Assembly (NCBI RefSeq): GCF_006345805.1
Contig: NC_043011.1
Span: forward strand, 45,892,464 to 45,956,463
Length of the DNA: 64,000 bases
Direction of reading: 5' to 3'
Source of the DNA: Octopus sinensis
Taxonomy: Eukaryota
Part shown: piece by piece, positions 53,505 to 64,000 of the stretch
How the letters are laid out: each line of letters opens with the position of its first letter
Position numbering within the stretch: the first letter of the stretch is position 1
Notes under the pieces: generated by a model
Databases searched by the model: none
The model's input: the letters and a program-made list of their open reading frames with translations, nothing else
Told to the model about the DNA's origin: nothing
Translations under genes and position numbers: made by a program

Positions 53505-53850
53505 TCTAAAAGAGTAAAGACCCCCTTTGGTCATGAACCATGGGATTGCACCTAGAAGGTTCCCCTCCAAGGCACAAATCCATGCAAGGTCAATTTACGG
53601 GAGACCAGCAGTCGCCCATGCATACCAGCCTCTCCCCTCCACACTGCTGATGTTATCCAAGGAAAAGGCAAAGGTTAGTACAGTTTGGCACCAGTGACAT
53701 CGCGACTCATTTCTACAGCAGAGTTAATAAGAGCAATGTGAAATAAAATGCTTTGCTCAAGAACATAATACACAGTCTAGTCCAGGAATTGAACTCATTA
53801 TCTCATGATTGTGAGCCCAACATTCTAACCACTGAACCATGTACCTTCAC
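53505..53850 (-). mobile_element. tRNA-derived SINE (family F-related) about 80 bp upstream of the KChIP acceptor
   Basis: TTTGCTCAAGAACA...GGAATTGAACTC...CTAACCACTGAACCATG on the plus strand. Confidence 0.7.
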
Positions 53851-53932
53851 TATATATAATCTATTACTGATGAATTCTTCAACCTTTGTTCATGTCTGAC
53901 AAGATTTTGAAAAATTCAGTTTCTTTATTTTT

Positions 53933-54540
53933 TTATTCTTTTACTTGTTTCAGTCATTTAACTACGGCCATGCTGGTGCACTGCCTTGAAGGGTCTTATT
54001 TGAATAAATCATACTCAGAACTTTTTTTAAAACCTAATACTTATTCTATAGGTCTCTTTTGCCGTACTGCTAAGTTATGGGGATGTAAACACTCCAACAC
54101 CAGTTGTAAAGCAGTGATGGGAGACAAGCTCAGATACAAACACACACACACACACATAGATATATATATACGTACACAGACACACATGTAAATATAAGAT
54201 TGAATCTCTTTTAGTTTCCATCTATTAAATCCACTCACAAAGCCTTGGTTGGCCAACGGTGCCACGCAGTTGGACTGAACCTGGAACCATATGGTTGGAA
54301 AGCAAACTTCATATTTCTTTACTGCCCACAAGGGGCTAAACATAGAGGGGACAAACAAGGAAACAAAGAGATTAAGTTGATCATATCGACCCCAGTACGT
54401 AACTGGTACTTAATTGGATGAAAGGCAAAGTCGACCTCAGCGGAATTTGAACTCAAAATGTAGCGGCAGACAAAATACCGCTAAGCATTTCGCCAGGTGT
54501 GCTAACACTCCCACCAGCTCACCACACAGCCATGCCTTCA
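53933..54540 (-). mobile_element. SINE family B with a SINE A (about 54314-54523) nested in its tRNA head
   Basis: The B sequence stops at ...GGAAAGCAAACTT and resumes as CACACAGCCATGCC after the A copy. Confidence 0.75.
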
Positions 54541-55400
54541 CCTTACTTAAAAATTCAAAATATATTTCTGAAGAAAGCTTGTTTTTACTTTAACCTTTTC
54601 ATTACTGTATTTCTGTTGAAATGCATTGCCTTTGTTTCACTTAATTTTAAAGATAATGCAGAATTTATTAAAACACCTCTGTCATTTTCAAACTGGTATT
54701 TGAAACATAAATTACCATGAAATTTTGATGGTAGCTTTTTTATATTTAGATCACTTTAAAATAGAGAATTTGAATAATAGAACTAGGGATGGTCTCAGGT
54801 GGGTTGATATCAAAAGGGTCAATCAATATTATTTTTATAAGCTTTTTTTTTTTTTCTGAAATTTGGTATTCTAATGCTCCAAATCTATAGATCTCATTTG
54901 TCTTCAAAGTAAGGAATGTTTCATGTTAAATCCTACGTGAAAATGTATGTAAGGAGTAATAATGCTAAAATTCTCTCAAAGGACGCTCTATGAATCTATC
55001 ACAACAGAGGCAGTAGAGAAAAATAACTATTATAAGAGCGGGTAATATTGATTTCTAATATTCATGGAAAGACATAAATTTATAGGGAAGAAGTTGATAA
55101 ACTTATTTTATTGACTGTAGAGATTGATGAAAGGTAAAGCGAACCACAGCAGTATATAAAGACCAAAACGACCATTCATTATTGAGTATTTTTCACCCCT
55201 ACCCTCAGCATTCTTAATATTTCTGTTCATGATAAATGAAGAAACAACAGATCTAATAGTATTAATAAAATACATTATTATTATTCCAAGCTTGAAATGT
55301 CTTCCATGCATCTGTGATCGGTATAATAATAAGTATCAATAATAAACTAAAGGTGATTTAATCAGCTGCACAAACGTGTAATTTTGTGCATGTTAGATTT

Positions 55401-55431
<31 letters not shown>

Positions 55432-55576
55432 CTGCTGTTATTATCGAAATCATTAAAGCACAGGACTGAGATGTTTGTTCTAGCTCTTTATATTCTAAGT
55501 TCATATCTCACTGCAGTTGACTTTGTCTTTCTTCCCTCTGGGGTTGATAAAATAAAGTGCCAATCTAGTTTTAGAG

Positions 55577-55801
55577 TTAACCCATTAGAATTTAAACCAA
55601 CCATATCTGGCCCCTAATATTTTACCCTTTTTAATTTCAAACTGGTCAGATCCAGCTTCTCGCACCTAACCTACTATATCATTCTAAAAATAGACAATAA
55701 CATTATCGAAATCCCAAAGCTATGAGATAATGCATGACTAATTTAAAACAATCTGAATAAATATTACATTTGACAGAGTAACCTGAATACTAAAGGGTTA
55801 A
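55577..55801 (-). mobile_element. piggyBac-like MITE, family D (reverse copy)
   Basis: TTAA flanks with CCC...AGGG termini; reverse complement of the 9541 element. Confidence 0.75.
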
Positions 55802-57803
55802 TGGCATCAACTCACCACCAGCCCTCAAAATTGTGGGCCTGAATTTGAAACCGTTATTATAATTAGTAGCTGATTGGCAAAACCATAAATGCCTCATGTT
55901 ATTTGTTCTGACTCTGTATATCATCCTAATCCAGATTTCAAAGGTCATAAGAATTGATATATGGTTGGAAGAGGTCAGCACAGACTTCCAACTTCCAAGT
56001 TCTCATAACCCCTTGAGACCACAATACCATTCTTGAGCCATGACTGGTTATGGATGCAGAAACTAAAGTGCAAAGCAGACAGCCTAGAGGTTATAGCTGG
56101 GGCAGTAAGAGCCACGTGGAGCCTTTCAGCAAGATGATTTGATTAAAAACATCAACAACAGCAGGACCTAAAAGCTGATGTTGAGAATTCAGAATTGTTG
56201 GGGATCATTTTGTCCTCAGTGCTAGGAGTTTAGTCTAATACTGAGTGACCCATTCCCCACCCATAACTACAGCCAGTGGTGACAATAAATAGGAGATGGA
56301 GAAGGAAAGTGTCTCACAAGTGAAATAAAAGGAGGAAACCCCAATCTCCACAATTCTAACCAACTGCAGTAACAATTCAATTTCTTGTAATTAGAGGACG
56401 ATAAGAACTTCATTAAAAGAAAATTTTAACTCATTGAATTTAGAGCAAAAGTGGAGAAAGAGAAGAAAAGTAAGTATGAGAGAGAGAGAGAGAGAGAGAT
56501 CCAATTGCAAAACAGCATAAAAAAAAGAAAGGCGAGGAAAGAAAATATACTGCATTTTGTTGATTAAGTTTTTGTTAGCAGTGATTTTTAAGGCAGAACA
56601 ATAAGGGATATTTATTATGTAATGGTGAGAAAACAGGGACTCGTGAAATCACACTTTGAAAATTACTACTGTAATAATTCTAATAAAGGGCTTTTGAACT
56701 GAAGATCTGAAGCTCACATTTACACAAACACACACATTCTTTCTCTCACACATGCACAAACACACACACTCTCTTTATCTCTCTTTAAATAAAACTTTAT
56801 TATCAAAATATTATTGTCTTATTCCCTACCTCTACTCCTACTGTGAATGAAAAATCACTTTTCAATGTCAGAAATGAGTTTGTATTAAACAGTTTAAATC
56901 CCGAAAATATTTGGTTAAATTATTGCTGTAGGAAATTGCAACATCATCAGTTACTTTGAAACTATACTTTGTAGTTACAGGGGAAAATGACAGAAAAATA
57001 TAGTCCTTACTGAAAATATAACAACTCCAGTTAAGGATTTTCTCATTACTAATGTTTAAATCATATGATTATTATAACAATATTAATGCCAAATAGGAGA
57101 TAACAAATTGATAGAAATAAAAGAGACTGATATACCAAAATCAGATTTGATGTGAGAGGTCATTGACCTGATTTAGTTGAATAATAAAAATGGATAAAGA
57201 GATGTATTGAACTAAATATATAGGATGATAGTGATTTGATAATAAAGCTGAGGTTGATAAAAGTGGTTAAAAGACTGGCGAACAGAATAAACAGGCTCAT
57301 GAAAATAAAGCATGTCTGTATTATAAATGTATTGGCATTGTATAGTTCGAAAACAACACAAGGATAACAACAAATATAATTAAATATTTCCCTAACTTCT
57401 ATAAAGATATTTTGTTTAAGGTCTGTTTAACATCAGATAATGACAGATGCAAGAAAATACAAATTTCAGCCTGAACTTGTGTTGGAAACGAAAAAATATA
57501 AAACAAAAGTATAAAACTAAAGAAAACAAAAGGCAGAAACTTACGGACTGATTTCCAAATTGTACCATCCATTATTTAAGTATTTTTTTTGAATTTAAGA
57601 AATACATTTAGTAAATTTGTCCCTTTAAAATTACTCAAAATATCACCATCAGTATTGTATATTTGATGTTTTAAATAATTCAGAAATATCCTTAAAAATA
57701 CACAGCTTTCTGTAATCCTTTAGAGAGCAAATGCTAAATTACTCCATGGAAATAGAATGTGAATGAACAAGCTTTGATTTTGATGGATTTCTTAAGATGT
57801 TAC

Positions 57804-57885
57804 CTCCTGAAAGGTGACGAATCCTATTTATTATCTTTAATAGCAGAGAAAGTGAGAAAAGAAAACCACAGTTGCTGCCTGAGTT
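57804..57885 (-). CDS. Candidate upstream KChIP N-terminal exon ending ...LLKIINRIRHLSG (5' boundary uncertain)
   Basis: Strong donor TCAGGAG|gtaaca at 57804/57803 in phase 1, so G+AT gives Asp in frame with the 53424 exon. The frame is open back to a TAG at 57886-57888 with no in-frame ATG. Possible acceptors give exon starts at 57885, 57878 or 57834. Confidence 0.4.
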
Positions 57886-58682
57886 CTATCCAATATTAAT
57901 AATCAGAAAATTCTTTCAATGAAACACGAGAAAAAATGATTCGACGACAAAAATCATTCTATTTTTATATCACAAGAGATGCTGTGGTTTCAACTATATT
58001 TTCCTGGATCATGTATTGAATGACAGGGAAAAGTCTTACTTCAAACAGAACACTGGTTGTTATAAAATTAATATAAAAATCATTAATCTATTAATAGTGT
58101 CATACGAAACTTGGGGAATATTTATTGAAATTCTGTAAATGACACTGAATTTCAAGCTCCATTACTTTCCAACTGCAGGCAACTTAGTTCTTTTCTCTAA
58201 TGTTCCTTCCCCATTCTGATTTCATGGATTTCTTCGAAGCGAAAAAAAAATCAATAGTTCTTCAATTTTTCACAGGTACATTTAATTAAATCCTTCCACT
58301 ATACTTAGCTTACAACTTGCTCTACATCCAACCTACCTGGGACCTGATAACATTCATCAATGTTCAGGTAATGCTTAAAATACATCTACAATTACTTGGA
58401 TTATATGTGTAACAGTTATCCTACTCTAAAGGTTGTAAAATAAAGATTACACACACGCACACATGCATGGCTGGAATCCAAGTTCCCTTCAAGAAACCTT
58501 TAAAAGAAAGAAAAAATCTATATGCCAGTATAGATACAAAGCAAAAAGCCTGAATATTCAGCTCAAAATTGCATGTTCCTAGAGATTAATAAGTTTTATA
58601 TTTACTTAGTTTACATGGACAAAAAAGTACCTTAAAACACCAGATATGAAGAAAACAGTGATCTATGCATATACACATATAC

Positions 58683-59052
58683 TCTTTTGCTCTTTTATTT
58701 GTTTCAGTCATTTGACTGTGGTCATGCTGGAGCACCACCTTTAGTTGGGCAAATCAACCCCAGGACTTATTCTTTGTAAGCCTAGTACTTATTCTATCGG
58801 TCTCTTTTGCTGAACTGCTAAGTTACGGGGATGTAAACACACCAACATTGGTTGTCAAGCAATGTTGGGGGGACAAACACAGACACACACACAAGCACAC
58901 ACACACATATATATATCTACATATATACGACGGGCTTCTTTTAGTTTCTGCCTACAAAATCCACTCACAGGGCTTTGGTCGGCCCGATGCTATAGTAAGA
59001 GACACTTGCCCAGAACCATGTGGTTGGTAAGCAAGCTACTTACCACACAGCC
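58683..59052 (-). mobile_element. SINE family B, near full length
   Basis: Reverse complement of the 32550 copy. Confidence 0.85.
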
Positions 59053-59831
59053 ACTTTTACACCTTGCATATACGTATATAATTGCATTATATGTAATTGC
59101 ATGTACATATATATACATATATATAACTGCATACATGCATCTATAAAACTTGTACAAAATTATATATTTATAAAAAGGATTAGTATGTGTTTGTATACAT
59201 ATATACATAAGTATTGCTTTCCATGTATTGTTATACACTCATGTATACATTTAAAATATTTAAATGTATTATCTGTGTGTGTATTACATAAAAGTAGTTT
59301 AATTATATAAATATATATATATTGTTATATTTCGGAATGGTCATATTGCCAGTTTAGCCAATAATATATATATATTTAAACGTACTAATATATATATACA
59401 TATAAACATACTTGTGTGTGTATCTAATATCAAAATACAAGTATATATATATATGTAGAAATGGTGACAATATATGTTTGTGTATATGTGTGTGTGTACA
59501 ACAATATGCCTATGTTGTTACAATATATTGAAGCAATTTATATAATTTATATTTGTATCTATATATGTATGTGTGTACTAGTACATATATGTATGTACTT
59601 ATATAAGTATGTGTGTATGTGTGTATGGTTATAGCCATCTATGTACCATGCATAATGACATACATTGTTGAAAAGCAATTTACAGTACTATTCTTCCAGA
59701 TTTAGCATCTTTTACAGCCATGCTGATTTTAGAAGTACAATATACACTGGAGGGTGAAATAATCATCCCAGCTTGTGTGAATACCAGATGCATTTTAGCC
59801 TTGTTGAGCCTCATCAGTGGCATGTACTCAC

Positions 59832-59931
59832 AGCCAACCATTGGTATTGTGAATAGTAATGCAGTTGAATAAAAATCTGTTATATACAATAGAAGAAGTG
59901 TTAAAATAGCCATGAATATATCATGCCTCAT
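59832..59931 (-). CDS. Candidate alternative first coding exon with a hydrophobic peptide (MRHDIFMAILTLLLLYITDFYSTALLFTIPMVG)
   Basis: ATG-initiated 33 codons plus 1 nt, followed by gtgagt. Phase 1, compatible with the KChIP core exon. Exonic donor context (GCT) is weak and there is no homology evidence. Confidence 0.2.
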
Positions 59932-60174
59932 GGAATTACATGATCACAAAGCATTTTATTGCTATTGAATAAGTTGTTAAAGCACTAATATTCAAATTAA
60001 TCAGTCCACTACTGTGCTAGTCTATCTTATGTCTGCTTTGTATAGCAGCTGATTTATGCTATTAATTGAGAAAGAAATAGGGTACATCCTTGAGAGGCAG
60101 TTGACAAACCATGAAATAGTCATTCATATATATATATATACCCACACACATACATATATATATGATGATGATAG

Positions 60175-60214
<40 letters not shown>

Positions 60215-60355
60215 TGTACAATTTATAGGAAAGATCCAGAGGAATAATTACGAGATAGCTAAATATTTCTTAAGTGTCCCAGGAAACAATGGTCACACTT
60301 GTGTGAGATTTAATTCTGGAGAGAAGTGAGACATTTTTAGGAGAAAATAGGAAAG

Positions 60356-60557
60356 TGCTCAAGATGTTATTAAATCATTCATATCTGTTAAAATGAGCAC
60401 TGTTGTTTATATCCTCCCTGATGAGATTGATACATTGCTGATCATTATTCATCCTGTTGGATGTATTTTGAATGCATCCATCGAAACATGCCGACAATAA
60501 GAAGATATAAATGATTTAATAACATCTTGAGCATTTGTCTCGATTTTCAATTTTTCC

Positions 60558-60560
<3 letters not shown>
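60356..60560 (+). mobile_element. Penelope-like terminal remnant: hammerhead core inside a 31-bp inverted repeat
   Basis: CTGATGA (60418-60424) and GAAAC (60483-60487). IR arms 60356-60386 and 60503-60533 match 30/31. Ends at a (TA)n run. Confidence 0.5.
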
Positions 60561-60595
<35 letters not shown>

Positions 60596-60596
60596 G

Positions 60597-60664
<68 letters not shown>

Positions 60665-62279
60665 GCCTCAATAAATTCTTCTGACCCATGCAAGTACAGA
60701 AAAGTAGATGTTAAAATGAGGATAATATTCATATTTGTGTGTATATATATGTGTGTAAATTTACATAAATATGTTTATATGTATACACACACACACATAT
60801 ATATATGTAGGTGAACAAAATGAAAGAAAAGTAGCATTCAGCACATCAGTAGTTGGTGTAGTTAGTATTTTTTAAAAGGCTGACACAGCTTCACATCATG
60901 TGAAGTTTCTTAAGTGCAGATATGTGTCTATATCTTCAAGTAAATATATTCACATGTATATATATATATATATCTATTATATCCAGACATATGTTTATAT
61001 ACATACAAGTTTACATATAAAAACACGTAATACTCCTTGTGTATTTCTGAATATTAATATATATATATGTAATATATTAATCCCTTTGAAAATATGATAG
61101 CATTATGTTTAAAGTAATTTCCTACTTATCTTAGCAGTGATTATCTATTTTTATTTTGAAGCTATTGATGTGATTTAGATAAAACGGAATCCATCAAACA
61201 TTAAGATGTAATTAAATATTTGAAACAAACCAAAAAATCTTTACATAAACTATTTACAGAAAAGAAATGTGTCTTTCATCTGAAAAATTGGAAGTTGGAC
61301 AAGATTGGATGATACAATATATATAAAGATTTACATGAAAGTGATCAGAGAGAAATCATATTTTAGATAAATATTTGAACAAATATAAAACAATAGTTAT
61401 TAAAATGTAATTGAAACTAGATTTTAAAATATTCTTAATTATCAAGCATTAGAATGTAACTGAATTTGCAAAGAAGCTCCAGCTGTAAGTTGATAAAAAA
61501 GTTGTTCATATTCCATATAATTTTTACTTCAAAATAAAATGTTTTCTATATTTTAAGATATCAAAGAATAATGACGACAACAGTAGTGATAATGAAATAT
61601 CAAAGTATTGCATTTAATCCTTTAGGTTTTTATAAAGAACTGAGTTTAAAATGGCAATCTCTTTATAATATTTTGCTATTTAAGTTCTGTTTGCAGCAGG
61701 TTTTAGTCAAGTTATGATTGATATGAAGAGTAGGGAATTACTAGCATCACTATCATATAATCAATTAATTAATCACTGTTTTAAGGATCAGATTAAATAT
61801 TCATTACTGACTGCAAGGTGTGTGTATGCATGTGATGAAACTTAATAAAGTTGTCTCAGTTGATGTAATTTAGCCCTTGGCGAATTTTCTATGAGTAGAT
61901 TTATGATAATATGATGCATTCCAACCATGACTGTTTTCACCTTCTAAGACAGTAGTGTATGATTTAAGGGAGATTTGGCCTTTATTTCTCTCTGCCTAAG
62001 TGACCATATAGAATTTCCCTCATTTACTGCTAATTCCAAAGATATGAATATCAGACAGAGGCTTTTTATCTATGTGCAAGTACACATCCTAGTCCCAACA
62101 CTACAAGTCCCAAATGGCATGAAAGTAGACAGAAACATGCCCCTGCAAAGTTTATAAGAAAGGAGCCTCTATACTAAAAAAAAAAAGAAAATTTCTTAAT
62201 GCTCAAACCTTACTAGTTATGGCCAAAAGTTTGGAACTATATAGGTCTGAAAATAAATTTTTTTTTAAATGACCAAAGC

Positions 62280-62665
62280 AAATACAATCATTCATATACA
62301 GATACTTGTGTAGTATACTTAAAATTAGATGGCCTGAACAAATAAGCAATATGGAGCTATGGCAAAGAATAAATGAAGTTTCAATTAGGGAGCAAATATT
62401 TAAGAAAAAGTGGAAGTGGATTGGTAGCACAATTAGAAAAGACACCAAATGTAGCGAAAAGTACTTTACAGTGGAAACCGGATGGATATAGAAAGAAAGG
62501 AAGGCCTAAGAACTCGTGGCAGAGATCAACACAAAAGGAACTAGAGAAAAGGGGACATTCATGGCAGAGTATAAGTATAGAAGCCAAAAATTATACGACA
62601 TGGAATTCAACTATAAGTGGCCTATACTCTGCATTGGAGGGGTAAAGGCATAAAGAAGAAAGAAA
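62280..62665 (+). mobile_element. RTE-clade LINE 3' end
   Basis: ILKIRWPEQISNMELWQR...WKWIG..IRK and QWKPDGYRKKGRPKNSW.R...EL...G.SW motifs, followed by an A-rich tail. Confidence 0.85.
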
Positions 62666-64000
62666 ACCAAAGTTATATTTAATATATAAGTAACAATTGC
62701 ATCACTTATTAGGTAAGTATATCTCTACATTGTATATATTTGAATTGAATTGTACTTGGGCATAACAATTTAAATCTTTTTTTTAAATGTTCCAAATTTT
62801 TGGGCATTTCTGTATCTTAAAGAATGTGAAGACACATTAGAATAATGTAGTTGTAGATACATGAATTGATTATTTGCTGGAACAATTTTGATCATAGGTC
62901 TGTGTGCTCCATCAGTGTTGGTGTAAGGTTAAACAACAACATCTATATTTCATACATGAGAAAAGTTGGACTAAGTTGTGTTATGAATGTTGAATATTTG
63001 CTTGTTGAAAAACCATATAGCCTTGTACTGGTGGACTTAAGTTATAGACATCACAGACTCTCTTGTTATTTGATTCAGAAATATAACAGCTCATGAAGGT
63101 TATTGTACTTATGATCATCACTAATTCCTCAGCTGTTGAGAATATCTATTAGATCTACACATTCTGCTATGTGCTCTATATCCTGGTTACATTAATCATG
63201 CAACTACTTTATTGTTCTGGACTGAAGTCACGATGTCTTGATAAGAACCAGCCAATGTACTCGCACTATATCCATACCCCAAATCGAAATGTCACTGATG
63301 CAAAATGGTTCCATTGATTTTAAAATTTCATTGTATTTTTTATCTTTTGCATATTTACGTATACAATTTTTGTAAACTGTTGAGAATAAAAGAAAAGCAA
63401 AAAAAAGAAAAAACTCATTATGCTAACTACACAAATGTCTGTGCTTGAATAACACAATTCTGTTTTCTATTTGCCATAACTAAACACCAGATTTGAATAT
63501 TTAATGAAAGTGAAAGGGCATTGTCAAGTTATCAAGTTGTATAAAGATCTCTTCACCTCATTCTTTAATGTATTTCCTATGATGTTATTACACATGACAA
63601 ATCAGTCTTGCCCTTTAGCACAGCACACCAACTAAGGCATAGAAATATTACATTCTCAGAGTTGAACTTATTAAGCACTTCTTTAAATTCATAAGAAGAA
63701 TCTATAAAAAAGATGCACAAGGCAAGTGAATACCATAAAGAAAGTGTCTCTCACACGCAGCTATTATAATAGTGTTAATAAATGCGGTAATAATAGAAAA
63801 TATATACAATCGGCAAAAAAATGGAGTACTTTGACAGGGAGGAATATTCTAAATTGCTATCTTCATTGATTTAAACTGATTGAGCCAACTACTTGTTTTT
63901 ATATATATGATTCTAAAAAATTGTACCCTTTGAAAAATAATATAAAGCTATAATAACCTCATCTTAAAATCTGAAAAATGTCATGAATATATGTATCTAA

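Noticed and set aside
55108-55311. Hydrophobic minus-strand ORF with a possible phase-1 donor (GAG G|gtaggg)
   Set aside because: Weak donor and no homology. It shows how easily such candidates arise.

Overview
This is a very AT-rich, microsatellite-dense animal genomic window. The SINE/MITE repertoire looks like a coleoid cephalopod (Octopus-like); that is an inference from repeat style, not a database result. It contains one clear protein-coding exon (53300-53424, minus), which encodes the start of the conserved core of a Kv channel-interacting protein (KChIP/KCNIP, neuronal calcium sensor family). I found no recognisable next KChIP exon in the ~53 kb downstream, so most of the window is probably one giant intron. 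Two candidate phase-1 N-terminal exons lie upstream (57804-57885 and 59832-59931). The rest is decayed mobile DNA: several tRNA-derived or RTE-tailed SINE families, RTE and R4/Dong-like LINE fragments, four Tc1/mariner transposase relics, piggyBac-like and Tc2-like MITEs, and foldback elements. The most notable items are a precise head-to-tail dimer of two diverged non-autonomous Helitrons, four Penelope-type terminal remnants with degenerate hammerhead-ribozyme folds, and a 5'-truncated tRNA-Glu(TTC) copy just 5' of a SINE. Almost all ORFs in the supplied track are microsatellite or repeat artefacts. I found no convincing wholly new biological system.
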